Part shown: piece by piece, positions 1 through 9,549 of the stretch
Layout: every line of letters starts with the position of its first letter
Position numbering within the stretch: position 1 is the stretch's first letter
Source: an uncultured Chitinophagales bacterium
GTDB lineage: Bacteria; Bacteroidota; Rhodothermia; Balneolales; HLUCCA01
Assembly: GCA_964473555.1 (NCBI GenBank)
Contig: CAYYPL010000003.1
Coordinates: forward strand, 191,166-255,165
DNA: 64,000 nt
Reading direction: 5' to 3'
The notes under the pieces: model-generated
The model's input: the letters and a program-made list of their open reading frames with translations, nothing else
What the model was told of the DNA's origin: nothing
Databases searched by the model: none
Position numbers and translations under genes: made by a program

Positions 1-453
1 CTGACGGGTAAACTGCTTGAGTTCAACGGGTAGATCTTTTTTTCGATGATGGTAGACAAAAGACCTGCCGTTTCCATCAATGGTCCCATTTCCGGTAATA
101 CTCACGTTTTCGGCGTGTTGTGTGAAAATCATTCCAAGCTGAGTACCATTTTTGTACCGGGAATAATCCGCCAGGTTTGGAGAGCCTAACAGTGTAGCTC
201 CAGCATCCAAAAACAAATGGATGTGTGATCGTAGCTCAATGGTGCCAATCATAAAATCTCCTGCCGGAACGATCACCGTACCCCCACCTTTTTTTGCCTG
301 GAAGTCAATGGCGGACTGAATCATTTCTGTATTTAGGGTTTTACCGTCGCCAATGGCCCCAAAATCTACAACCGATATGGGTTGCGCGTACAATGTAGTC
401 ATTTTTCCCAGTATCAGGATGATACCAAGGATTGTTTTGAAACTGATTTTCAT
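1..453 (-). CDS. Secreted GH28-like / pectate-lyase-fold glycosidase, N-terminal part (gene runs off the left edge)
   Basis: My own minus-strand translation from the ATG at 453 stays open to base 1: MKISFKTILGIILILGKMTTLYAQPISVVDFGAIGDGKTLNTEMIQSAIDF...ENVSITGNGTIDGNGRSF. It has a signal peptide, and the DFGAxGDGKT and ITGxGTIDGxG motifs are typical of right-handed beta-helix glycosidases. It is absent from the ORF track because there is no stop in the window. Confidence 0.65.
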   Translation of the reverse strand, partial: MKISFKTILGIILILGKMTTLYAQPISVVDFGAIGDGKTLNTEMIQSAIDFQAKKGGGTVIVPAGDFMIGTIELRSHIHLFLDAGATLLGSPNLADYSRYKNGTQLGMIFTQHAENVSITGNGTIDGNGRSFVYHHRKKDLPVELKQFTRQ

Positions 454-483
454 GTTGTGTCTTTTTATTTAGTGAACCATGAG

Positions 484-1908
484 TTAATCCCAACGATCGG
501 TTCGAAATGATGAAGCGGGTAGCCCGGCTGTGTTGAATAGTGATGCCGAGGAGATATTGTCCCAAGCGTAACGTACCGCTACAGGATTACTCACGGCGGG
601 ATGCGAAACCCTGATCCGATTTGGTTCCAGAATTACTTGAGCTGGATAAAAAATCTGATCATTACCAGCAATCATTAAACTCTGCACCCCATCAGGTCCG
701 CCTACAAGTCCATCGTCGAGATACTCAAAACTGATAATGAGTTCATTTCCAACGAGCTCTGTCGACTTGTAAACCGGCCCGCAATAGACAAGTTCCTTGT
801 TATACGTGTGACCCGCAGCCCAGAGAGCCAGCCGTCTGCCCACTTCCTGTTTGTTGGCAGGATGGATGTTGTTTGCATCACCAATGTCAAGTGTGACAAC
901 CATACCCGTATTGGGTTCTGCCATAGACTCTAATTGTGCTTCCCGAAGTTTTTGAGACGCTATCTCTTGCCCATAATCGTATGGGGCAATCTGTACAAAG
1001 TAAAAAGGGACCTGACCCTGACCCCATCTTTCTCGCCAGGTACCTATCATGGTCGTAAACTTCTCTTTGTACGCTGCTGGATTCCCTGAGTCTGACTCTC
1101 CCTGATACCAGATAAATCCTTTGATGGTAAAGGGAATCAAGGGATGAATCATTGCATTGAACAAAACCGTCGGGGTGTATTGTGTTAACGTATCGGCTTT
1201 GGATATCTGTTCTCTAACCTGTTCATATCCACCAATTCGCTCGAGTTCTTCAACCGGAATCCAGGAGTCTACCGCCGTTCCACCCCAGCTCGAGTGAATG
1301 ACTCCAATGGGAACTCCTAACTTCGAGTGCAGGTGCTTTGCAAAAAAGTAGGCAGTAGCGCTCATCGAAGACACATTTTCCGTGGTAGCAGGTAACCACT
1401 GTCCATTTAACTGTTGAATGGGTTCTCCGGACAAAGCACGTTCTACCATAATCATTCGGATATCGGGATTCGTGGCAGCAGCGATTTCAATTTCAGAATC
1501 CAGGATTGGATTATCCGGCCACCCGGATAAGGGCATTTCCATGTTTGACTGACCCGATGCCACCCAAACTTCTCCAATGGCGACATCATTTATAAGAAGG
1601 GTATCGGAACCCGCTATGACCTCTAAGCGGTGTCCGATATTTGCTGAAGGAGTTACTAGATGAGTTATCCAGGTTCCATCTGGTTTCGCACGGGTAGCAG
1701 ACTGTGCTCCCCAACTGGTTGAAATAACCACTTGTTCTCCGGGCTGAGCCCATCCCCAAATCGCAACTTCTGTCTGCTGCTGTAGAACCATTGAATCCCC
1801 AAATAACCCCGCAAGTCTAAATGCCACATTTTGCACTTGATGGCCACGGTCACATGACATTGCGGACATTACAATGATAACTAAGTATAAGGATGAACTT
1901 AACTTCAT
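484..1908 (-). CDS. Sialate O-acetylesterase-like (SASA/DUF303) carbohydrate esterase, lipoprotein; likely acetyl-mannan esterase by context
   Basis: The VASGQSNMEMPL motif (GQSNM) and the overall 470-aa architecture match the SASA family. There is an N-terminal signal with Cys (SAMSCD). It sits in the mannan locus. Confidence 0.7.
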   Translation of the reverse strand: MKLSSSLYLVIIVMSAMSCDRGHQVQNVAFRLAGLFGDSMVLQQQTEVAIWGWAQPGEQVVISTSWGAQSATRAKPDGTWITHLVTPSANIGHRLEVIAGSDTLLINDVAIGEVWVASGQSNMEMPLSGWPDNPILDSEIEIAAATNPDIRMIMVERALSGEPIQQLNGQWLPATTENVSSMSATAYFFAKHLHSKLGVPIGVIHSSWGGTAVDSWIPVEELERIGGYEQVREQISKADTLTQYTPTVLFNAMIHPLIPFTIKGFIWYQGESDSGNPAAYKEKFTTMIGTWRERWGQGQVPFYFVQIAPYDYGQEIASQKLREAQLESMAEPNTGMVVTLDIGDANNIHPANKQEVGRRLALWAAGHTYNKELVYCGPVYKSTELVGNELIISFEYLDDGLVGGPDGVQSLMIAGNDQIFYPAQVILEPNRIRVSHPAVSNPVAVRYAWDNISSASLFNTAGLPASSFRTDRWD

Positions 1909-1916
1909 CGAATTAG

Positions 1917-3323
1917 TTATGCAATTTCATTGACCGACCGGTTTTTTTCAAGCTCGCCACCGATACGTTTCATCGTCTTTTCATCCAGATTATAGAAAAC
2001 AATGAATCCAACGGCCATGAGTGCACCTATTCCGGCCAGTACACTGATCATGAGACGAATTCCAAGTAACGCCGTATCGGTCTGGGGGACATTCGCTACA
2101 TAGCCAAAGGCCGACAAGAACCATCCACTGATGGCGCCGCCGATGGTCCAACCGAACTTCTGCGACATCGAAGAAGATGAAAAAATGAGTCCAGTTGCCC
2201 TACGACCCGTCTTCCACTCCGAGTAATCGGCGATATCGGCATACATAGACCAAATAAGAGGCAGTACGATCCCTGCTGTGATTCCAATTGCAACATTTAA
2301 AAGAAATATCAGCTCAATGTCAGTTGGACGCAGAAAGTAAAGCATAAAACTCAGCACTGCAGAACCCAGCATCGCGTAAAGAAACGTTGATTTTTTACCT
2401 ATTCGTTCAGAAACGGGTTTGGCGAGGAGTACTCCGATAATATTAGAGGCAAGCCAAATAGACATATAGGCAGAAACCAGTACGGAATAACTCAACTGAC
2501 CGATGAACATGACTTCCTGATCCATAATGTAATAAGTGAAGTAGAATAGCATAGCTCCTTCACGAAGCGAGTTGAAAATGAGAACTGAAATCGCGGCGCC
2601 CAACATGATGAACCAGGGTTTGTTTTTCATCATGTCTTTTAGATCCGAGCGCAGATTACTTTTTTCTACAGCTGGTTCCAGGCGTTCACGGGTTCCTGCG
2701 AATGTCAGGACGAACAAAATAGCAGCCAGAATGGCGTAGATTCCAACAGTAACCTGATAGCCGGTTGAGGGGCCAAGGGTTTCTCCGAAATAATCTATGA
2801 GATAGGTAGCGGTGGCAGTGACAAATAGTCCACCCGAAAAAGCTCCCAGAAATCGGTAGGAAGCCAGGGAGGTACGTTCGGTGGTATCTGAGGTCATTAC
2901 TCCCATAAGAGCAGCATAGGGGACATTCACAGCCGTGTATACCATCATCATCATCGTATAGGTGACATAGGCGTAGACCAGTTTACCAGTCGCGCCAAGG
3001 TCGGGTGTCGTAAACGTAAGGATTCCTATGAGGGCAAAAGGCACTGCAACGAAGAGTAAATAGGGACGAAATTTACCCCAACGTGTGGTGGTTCGATCTC
3101 CTATGAGACCCATAATCGGATCATTTGCTGCATCCCACAAACGGGTTAGCAGGAACATGGTACCCACCGCTGCAGCCGAGATTCCAAACACATCGGTGTA
3201 GAAGAACAGCAAGAACATGGAAAACAGCTTCCAGAACATAGAGGAAGCAAAGTCTCCGAGTCCGTAGGAGACTTTCTCTGTAAATTTGAGCTTCATTGGG
3301 TTGATCGAATTCATATCATGCAC
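1917..3323 (-). CDS. Glycoside-pentoside-hexuronide (GPH):cation symporter, MFS superfamily
   Basis: The N-terminal GLGDF...LLFFYTDVFGI...RLWDAANDPIMGLIGDRTxTRWGKFRPYLL signature is that of MelB/XylP/YicJ-type transporters. About 12 hydrophobic segments. Confidence 0.85.
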   Translation of the reverse strand: MHDMNSINPMKLKFTEKVSYGLGDFASSMFWKLFSMFLLFFYTDVFGISAAAVGTMFLLTRLWDAANDPIMGLIGDRTTTRWGKFRPYLLFVAVPFALIGILTFTTPDLGATGKLVYAYVTYTMMMMVYTAVNVPYAALMGVMTSDTTERTSLASYRFLGAFSGGLFVTATATYLIDYFGETLGPSTGYQVTVGIYAILAAILFVLTFAGTRERLEPAVEKSNLRSDLKDMMKNKPWFIMLGAAISVLIFNSLREGAMLFYFTYYIMDQEVMFIGQLSYSVLVSAYMSIWLASNIIGVLLAKPVSERIGKKSTFLYAMLGSAVLSFMLYFLRPTDIELIFLLNVAIGITAGIVLPLIWSMYADIADYSEWKTGRRATGLIFSSSSMSQKFGWTIGGAISGWFLSAFGYVANVPQTDTALLGIRLMISVLAGIGALMAVGFIVFYNLDEKTMKRIGGELEKNRSVNEIA

Positions 3324-3358
3324 CTAATTGACGATTATTTATGTTGATTGCGGGTGTT

Positions 3359-4720
3359 TTAAGGGTTCCCCTCGATAGTATTTGCATGCTGGCGAATGAC
3401 ATCCAAAGTCGTGAGGTCATCGGCAAATATCGAGTTCAATCCCTGAGGTTCTTGTGGTGGATCACCCACAAATGGATCACCTGGGCGCCAGCGGGCATCT
3501 TCGTGTTGAGGAATTCCATATCCACCCCAGCTCCAGAAATTGGTTCCAGACAAAGGCGAGTTTAAAGCAATATTGTTTTCAACAATCAGGAATACAAATC
3601 TCAGATAGTTATCTCGGTACGTTATCGCAGTTCCTGGTTCAAATCGTTCAAAATCTCTTCCCAGTCCAAACTCAGACAGAACTGTTGGTTTATTCAGTTG
3701 TTTCGCGTAATCGATATGTTTTTGGATGTAGGCTCGGGCACTATCCTGCGTGACCTGAAAAGATACTTCCATGTTATTCGCATCAAACCATCCCCAGTTT
3801 TTGGCCCACATGTGGAACGTAAGATAGTCCACATCTGGTGAAGCATGGGCCTCTAGGTACATCGTTTCTGAGTTACGGCTACCAGCAAGTCCTTCATTCC
3901 CAGTTGAAAGTAACTGATGTGGGGCCAGTTCTTTGATGAATCGGGCACTTTCGTGCACCCATTTAATGAACTGAGGACCATTTTGAAGCCCTTCGTCCCC
4001 GGATCCGGGTCTGGGTTCATTGGCCAGCTGCCAGGACATAATGGTTGGATCCTGATTGTAATCCATTCCCGTGATTGTGTTTTTCCGGGTAATAACGTGG
4101 GTAATGTACTCTTTCCATGCCTGTTGGGCTGATCCGTTGAAATAAAATCGGGCGGCATGGTTCTGAAATCCGTGCCAGTCGCCAGTCTCACCCGGATCAG
4201 TTGCTGGACCCTCCCCAAACCATTCGCTATACACGCTCATTCCACCCGACCATTCCCACATATTGTTCAGAAATACTACCGCTTTCATGTCCCTTTTGGC
4301 CATCTCAGCGAGTAAAAAATCTAATCCGACAAGCAGATTCTCGTTGATTTCACCGGGAGCCGACTGAAAGGAAGGTTGCAGTGCACGTGTATGATTGGCC
4401 TGTTCAGAGGCCGCAAGAATCCGTAGGTTCGTGATACCCGTTTCTTTGAGTAAATCCAGTTCCTGTATCAATCTGTTTCTATCCCCTTCAGGCCCGGGAG
4501 ATCCCAGGTAAGCTCCGTACCAAAAATTGGTACCCACAAAGCGATAGGTTTCCCCATTGAGTTTAAACTGAGTTCCATCCACCTGAACAAATTCAGCACT
4601 TTTGGGAGTTTTTGAGGAAAAATCGCAACCTGAAAGGAATTGCACTGAAAGTAGTACCCCAAATACATAGACAAGCGGGAGTAGCTTTTTAGTTACAAAT
4701 CGGCTTTTAGTTGATTTCAT
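3359..4720 (-). CDS. GH5 endo-beta-1,4-mannanase, secreted lipoprotein
   Basis: Motifs FVGTNFWYGAYLG, WQLANEPR (acid/base Glu) and LSEFGL (nucleophile Glu). Signal peptide with Cys (FLSGCD). Confidence 0.8.
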   Translation of the reverse strand: MKSTKSRFVTKKLLPLVYVFGVLLSVQFLSGCDFSSKTPKSAEFVQVDGTQFKLNGETYRFVGTNFWYGAYLGSPGPEGDRNRLIQELDLLKETGITNLRILAASEQANHTRALQPSFQSAPGEINENLLVGLDFLLAEMAKRDMKAVVFLNNMWEWSGGMSVYSEWFGEGPATDPGETGDWHGFQNHAARFYFNGSAQQAWKEYITHVITRKNTITGMDYNQDPTIMSWQLANEPRPGSGDEGLQNGPQFIKWVHESARFIKELAPHQLLSTGNEGLAGSRNSETMYLEAHASPDVDYLTFHMWAKNWGWFDANNMEVSFQVTQDSARAYIQKHIDYAKQLNKPTVLSEFGLGRDFERFEPGTAITYRDNYLRFVFLIVENNIALNSPLSGTNFWSWGGYGIPQHEDARWRPGDPFVGDPPQEPQGLNSIFADDLTTLDVIRQHANTIEGNP

Positions 4721-4729
4721 TGTTTTGAG

Positions 4730-5728
4730 TCAGTTCGGTGAATGAGTCTCGTAGGATTTTTCGACCAATACTTTCGTAGCCAGGATACCTTCTTCTTCAG
4801 AAAGTTTACTCCCTTCATATTCAACGCAGATATACTCTTGAAATTCAGATTTCCTGATGATGTCCATCATTCTAAAATAGTCGATAGTAGTCTCAAATCC
4901 CTGAATATCAAATGCATGGGATTTTGCACTAACGGATTTAGCCAATGGCATGAGTTTTTCTACACCGATGTATCTGTTATAGATATCACCATCGCCCCAG
5001 ATAAAGTCTTCGGAAAACGTGAAATTATCAAAATCGACCACTGTTCCGAGTAATGGATGATCGGCTAAACGGATGGTTTCCACCAACCAGTCCGCGTTAC
5101 TCGACATCCCTCCATGATTCTCAACCAGAATCATCAATCCGAATTGTTGGGCTCTTTGTGCCAGTTGATGCAATCCATCAGCAGCCAACTTAACCTGTTC
5201 ACTGGCTTTACCCATACTAAATGCATTCACACGCATGTAGTTGCAACCGAGCTGTTTGGAAGCTTCCATCCATTTTATATGATTCTCAATGGCCTGAGCT
5301 TTCATTTTAGCATCAGGATGACCGATAAATCCTTCTTCATCAACCATCAGCAAGATATTTTTTACCCCTAGTGAGTCCGTTCTTCGTTTGAGCTCATTTA
5401 AAAATGTTGCATCTGTAGCATGCCCGTATATCAGTGTGTTGACATATTCAACGGCATCAAATCCGAGTTCTTTAGCTTTTTCCGGAAAATCGAGCGGATG
5501 AAGAGTACCTTGCCACAATCGATCGGGATCTGAATGAAGTGTACGTTGCCAGGCTTCATAGTCATCCTTTGAGTTACCAAAAATAGCCCTATGGAGTGCC
5601 CATTGAGAAAGTGATAATTTGAGCTGGGAATCGCGATTTCTTTCCATTGTTTCAAATTTCAGAGGATTCACCATGGTACCACCAAGTGCTAAAGTAACTG
5701 AACCAAGAAAATTTTTGCGATTCATCAT
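4730..5728 (-). CDS. Xylose-isomerase-like TIM-barrel protein (sugar phosphate isomerase/epimerase family) with Tat-like signal
   Basis: The N-terminus MMNRKNFLGSVTLALGG resembles a twin-arginine-type leader (RK variant). The body resembles the AP-endonuclease-2/xylose-isomerase TIM-barrel family (VENHGG motif). Confidence 0.6.
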   Translation of the reverse strand: MMNRKNFLGSVTLALGGTMVNPLKFETMERNRDSQLKLSLSQWALHRAIFGNSKDDYEAWQRTLHSDPDRLWQGTLHPLDFPEKAKELGFDAVEYVNTLIYGHATDATFLNELKRRTDSLGVKNILLMVDEEGFIGHPDAKMKAQAIENHIKWMEASKQLGCNYMRVNAFSMGKASEQVKLAADGLHQLAQRAQQFGLMILVENHGGMSSNADWLVETIRLADHPLLGTVVDFDNFTFSEDFIWGDGDIYNRYIGVEKLMPLAKSVSAKSHAFDIQGFETTIDYFRMMDIIRKSEFQEYICVEYEGSKLSEEEGILATKVLVEKSYETHSPN

Positions 5729-6933
5729 TATTTATTTCCAGATGAGTCAGCAACGTACATATCCGGTAGATCATCCTCAAGCCAGACAAACGGATCAGCC
5801 CGAAATTCCACGAAATTTTGCGCACTGATCTGACCAGGGAATGGCGCATAGTAATGATCTCTTCGTTCTCTGTCGTAGGTTGCATTCCGCCATACCAGAA
5901 AGTATGCGATCTGGCGTGTCTTTTCGTTATGAAGTACCGATGATAATATCACATCTGTCCACCAACGAGGATTGGGAATGGCTTCGAGTCCTGTCTCGGT
6001 CAGGGCTGCAACCTTACCCCTGTCGTTGGCAATATCAACCGTGTACTCCAGACTCCGGCGAAAATGTTCTAACTGAATTTCGGGAGGTGTGTCATTTACG
6101 GGATGACCAAGATCCCAATAATTATCCAGTCCAATGATGTCGACATAGGCATCACCCGGATATCCCCATAGATACCCGCTTTCAAAATTCTCGATATCGA
6201 TGCGACTCCTGTCGGGAGAGTACGCATAAATCAGATTATTAAGGCCATGGAAATCACGGAGGTACTCGACTGTGAATCTCCAAAGTGCAATGAAGTCTTC
6301 TTCATTAGTTGACCCCTTGCACCACCAGAACCAGTCCCCGTTATGTTCATGCCAGGGACGAAAAATCACAGGGACTGGTGCCAATTCACGAAAGTATTCG
6401 GCTGCACGATCCAGATTTTGCTTTAGAATAGGATGAAGGTCTCCACCCGGAATGATTCGATGCACAACTGCTGTAGTATCATAAAACGACTTACCGGTTC
6501 CAGGATTGTACATATGCCACTCATACGTCAATATACCACCACGATCAAAGGTACCACGATCTCGTTTCAGCTGGATATCGACACGTGCTTGTCTGGTTGA
6601 GTCGTCAAACTGTGGATTAGCGACATAGTTTACATCCCATCCATACACCGCAGGAAAGGATCCGGAGACATCCTTCACATCAGATCGGATTGAATCGACC
6701 GGAAGATCGGAACTATGCCAGGTGTAGCCATAATCCAGGGTAGCCTGGTGCCCGAACATAAGACCCTGTCCGGCATAGTGATGCAGGTTCTGGTACAAAT
6801 TCTGCGTGAGTTGACCCGCATTGGGATCAACCATAGACATCTGCTCAGAAACATTTAGGTCTGAATGTTTGACACAGCCCATAAAAATTACAACCAAGCT
6901 AATAATAAACAGGTAATTAGATATTTTTATCAT
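5728..6933 (-). CDS. GH26 beta-mannanase, lipoprotein
   Basis: FRPWHEHNGDWFWW matches the GH26 acid/base motif, and ALTETG matches the nucleophile motif. Lipoprotein signal (FMGCVK). Confidence 0.85.
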   Translation of the reverse strand: MIKISNYLFIISLVVIFMGCVKHSDLNVSEQMSMVDPNAGQLTQNLYQNLHHYAGQGLMFGHQATLDYGYTWHSSDLPVDSIRSDVKDVSGSFPAVYGWDVNYVANPQFDDSTRQARVDIQLKRDRGTFDRGGILTYEWHMYNPGTGKSFYDTTAVVHRIIPGGDLHPILKQNLDRAAEYFRELAPVPVIFRPWHEHNGDWFWWCKGSTNEEDFIALWRFTVEYLRDFHGLNNLIYAYSPDRSRIDIENFESGYLWGYPGDAYVDIIGLDNYWDLGHPVNDTPPEIQLEHFRRSLEYTVDIANDRGKVAALTETGLEAIPNPRWWTDVILSSVLHNEKTRQIAYFLVWRNATYDRERRDHYYAPFPGQISAQNFVEFRADPFVWLEDDLPDMYVADSSGNK

Positions 6934-6979
6934 AGTCCTCGTATTAGATTTGGAAGTATCTTATGAATGGGTAGATCAG

Positions 6980-8227
6980 CTACCTCTGAGCCAATTCAGT
7001 GTTAATTTCTGAGTTACTTAATTCATTAATCAATGAATGGACCAGAATACAGGCTCGGGAAGTGTGATAAGGACATTTCCATGGACCCACTTTATCATCC
7101 GTCAAAACAGGATTTCCCTGTCGGGAGACGCGAAAATACCACTCCCCGTGATGCCTGTCTATCACATGGTTTGAGATAAATTCCCAAATCGACAAGACCG
7201 TTACCAGGTACTCCGAATTTCCGGAAAGTTTATAGGCGAACATAAGTCCAACCATCGCTTCCGCCTGAGCCCACCAGTGTTTTTCGGTATTGGTCACGGA
7301 ACCATGCTCGCCAGCATTATAGACCCCGCCGTATTCGGTATCAATTGCCTGCCTCAGCACCATTTCGGAGACTTCCAAGGTTACCTGTTCGCAACGCACT
7401 ACCAAATCCGTGCGATGGATTGCCTGGGCTGCATCAAGCATCAACCAGACGGTCTCAATGTCGTGTCCATAGGAGTACACGGAGGTAACAGGGCGCCAGT
7501 TTTCATCAAAAAAGGCATAAAAATGGTGCCCTACTGGATGATAGATTTTGTCTAAAAACACCTCCAGCATCATAACCAGTCGGTCTTTTAGAACCTGATC
7601 CGGCCACACTTTATAGAGTGCGGCATAAGCTTCAAGTAGATGCAAATGAGTGTTTGTTGAACGTGGAGCCATCAAGTCGCTTTCTCCAAGTCTTACATCG
7701 TCAAGTGGACTCCAATCCTGGGTAAAAGCCTCCAAATACGCCTGATAATTGGCTGAGAATGCATTTTTTTCAATCAGATGAAAGAGCTCTATGGCACGAT
7801 CCAGAACGTGCTGGTCTCCTGTTGCATCACAGATTGTAGCATAGGCATAAATTCCGAAACTTTGTGCATATACATGTTTTTTGGAATCTATCGCATTGCC
7901 GGTAGCATCTGTCATCCAGTATAATCCGCCATTGACTGGATCGGTAAATTCATCGTGAAGAATTCGGGCTGCAGCCTGCATCGGGACAAGAAGAGAAGCG
8001 TCGGCAGTAAATTTATAAGAAGCTGCAAAGGTGTACGCGATTCGGGCTATCAGGATTGCAGAACGCTCTGCCTGCGGATGGATTTGATTTTGGGCATCAA
8101 TCCTGCCGTTAAATGAATCTGATACATCCGAATACACACGGTCTTTCCAGTATGGAAGAATATGCGAATTCAGTTCAGTAAATAAGGCTTCTTTGAGTTT
8201 AAGTAACTCAGTTTCAATCTTCATCAA
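6980..8227 (-). CDS. N-acylglucosamine 2-epimerase superfamily; cellobiose/mannobiose 2-epimerase
   Basis: A 415-aa AGE-family (alpha/alpha)6 protein. There is a 4-nt overlap with the upstream GH130 gene. The epimerase-phosphorylase pairing is characteristic of mannan catabolism. Confidence 0.75.
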   Translation of the reverse strand: MMKIETELLKLKEALFTELNSHILPYWKDRVYSDVSDSFNGRIDAQNQIHPQAERSAILIARIAYTFAASYKFTADASLLVPMQAAARILHDEFTDPVNGGLYWMTDATGNAIDSKKHVYAQSFGIYAYATICDATGDQHVLDRAIELFHLIEKNAFSANYQAYLEAFTQDWSPLDDVRLGESDLMAPRSTNTHLHLLEAYAALYKVWPDQVLKDRLVMMLEVFLDKIYHPVGHHFYAFFDENWRPVTSVYSYGHDIETVWLMLDAAQAIHRTDLVVRCEQVTLEVSEMVLRQAIDTEYGGVYNAGEHGSVTNTEKHWWAQAEAMVGLMFAYKLSGNSEYLVTVLSIWEFISNHVIDRHHGEWYFRVSRQGNPVLTDDKVGPWKCPYHTSRACILVHSLINELSNSEINTELAQR

Positions 8228-9399
8228 AAGCCTGCTTTCTTATTGGCATTGATCAGGTCTATTCGTTGTTGGACTGATTCTGCTGATCTGTATCCATCTG
8301 AAGGAGTATTCAGCACGTAGTCAAGCAACTGGTCGACACTTGTTGTGGCAACATGGAGCCTGGTATCGGATGAAGCATAATAGATAAAGACACTGCCATT
8401 GTCATCTGCGATCCATCCGTTACTAAATAACACATTCGAAACATCCCCTACGCGTTCGTCGCCTTCTGGACCCATAAACAAACCGCCGGGACGAGCGATA
8501 ATCTTGCCGGGTTCGGCCAAATCAGTCAGAAACAGATACAGTACATAGCGTAATCCGGCCGCTGTATTCCTGACCCCGTGAGCCAGGTGCAACCACCCTT
8601 TTGGCGTTTTGATGGGAGCCGGACCCTGACCGTTTTTGGCTTCTTTTATGGTATGATAGACACGTGGATCAATGACCGTTTCCTGATCGATGACACAGTT
8701 TTCCATAGAATCTGCCAAAGCCCAGCCTATTCCACCACCAGAACCTGCTTCAATAAACCCATCTTGCGGACGAGTATATAACGCATACTTCCCATTCACA
8801 AACTCAGGATGCAACACAACATTTCGTTGTTGTTTGGAATTGGATTTCAGATCAGGAAGTCGTTCCCAGTTTATAAGGTCTTTTGTTCGTACGATTCCAG
8901 CCTGAGCCACTGCACTGGAAGTATCGTGTTTTGGAGCTTCGGGATCTTTTCGTTCGGTGCAGAAAATACCATAGATCCACCCGTCTTCATGTGCAGTCAA
9001 TCTCATATCGTACACATTGGTATCCGGATTCTCTGTCTGAGGTATGACACACGGATACGGCCAGAAAGTAAATTGGTCTATTCCATTGGGACTCTCTGCA
9101 ACTGCGAAAAATGACTTTCTGTCGGAACCTTCTACTCGGGCAACAACCAGATATTTCCCGTTAAACTTAATGGCTCCGGCATTAAAAACGGCTCCAACAC
9201 CGAGTCTTTCTATGAGATACGGGTTGGTTTGTGGATTGAAATCGTAGCGCCAGTTTAAGGGAACATGATTATGGGTCAAAACGGGGTGTTCGTATCGTTG
9301 ATAAACTCCATTGGATACGGCAACAGGACGGTTCGGTCGAGATAATAATGATTGATAATGTTCTTTAAGCGCAGTCAGACGCTTTTCAAATAGTGACAT
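8224..9399 (-). CDS. GH130 4-O-beta-D-mannosyl-D-glucose phosphorylase-like
   Basis: A 391-aa protein with no signal peptide and GH130 beta-propeller-type sequence ([32 protein letters not shown]). Synteny with the epimerase and the GH26/GH5 genes. Confidence 0.8.
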   Translation of the reverse strand: MSLFEKRLTALKEHYQSLLSRPNRPVAVSNGVYQRYEHPVLTHNHVPLNWRYDFNPQTNPYLIERLGVGAVFNAGAIKFNGKYLVVARVEGSDRKSFFAVAESPNGIDQFTFWPYPCVIPQTENPDTNVYDMRLTAHEDGWIYGIFCTERKDPEAPKHDTSSAVAQAGIVRTKDLINWERLPDLKSNSKQQRNVVLHPEFVNGKYALYTRPQDGFIEAGSGGGIGWALADSMENCVIDQETVIDPRVYHTIKEAKNGQGPAPIKTPKGWLHLAHGVRNTAAGLRYVLYLFLTDLAEPGKIIARPGGLFMGPEGDERVGDVSNVLFSNGWIADDNGSVFIYYASSDTRLHVATTSVDQLLDYVLNTPSDGYRSAESVQQRIDLINANKKAGF

Positions 9400-9511
9400 G
9401 CTCAGCGATGTAAATAAATAATTCCGATTTCAGTGAACAGAGAAAAAAATCAGGACCCACACCAACCCTTCGATGGGGTCCTGACCAGGATGGATACGAA
9501 ACTTTTAATAG

Positions 9512-9541
9512 AAACCGGATCGTGATGACTCGATCCGGTTT
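9512..9541 (-). terminator. Hairpin downstream of the T9SS protein gene
   Basis: AAACCGGATCG-8nt-CGATCCGGTTT is an 11-bp perfect stem starting 9 nt after the stop. On the minus strand it is followed by a T/A-rich stretch (CTATTAAAAGTTT). Confidence 0.5.
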
Positions 9542-9549
9542 TGAAGATA

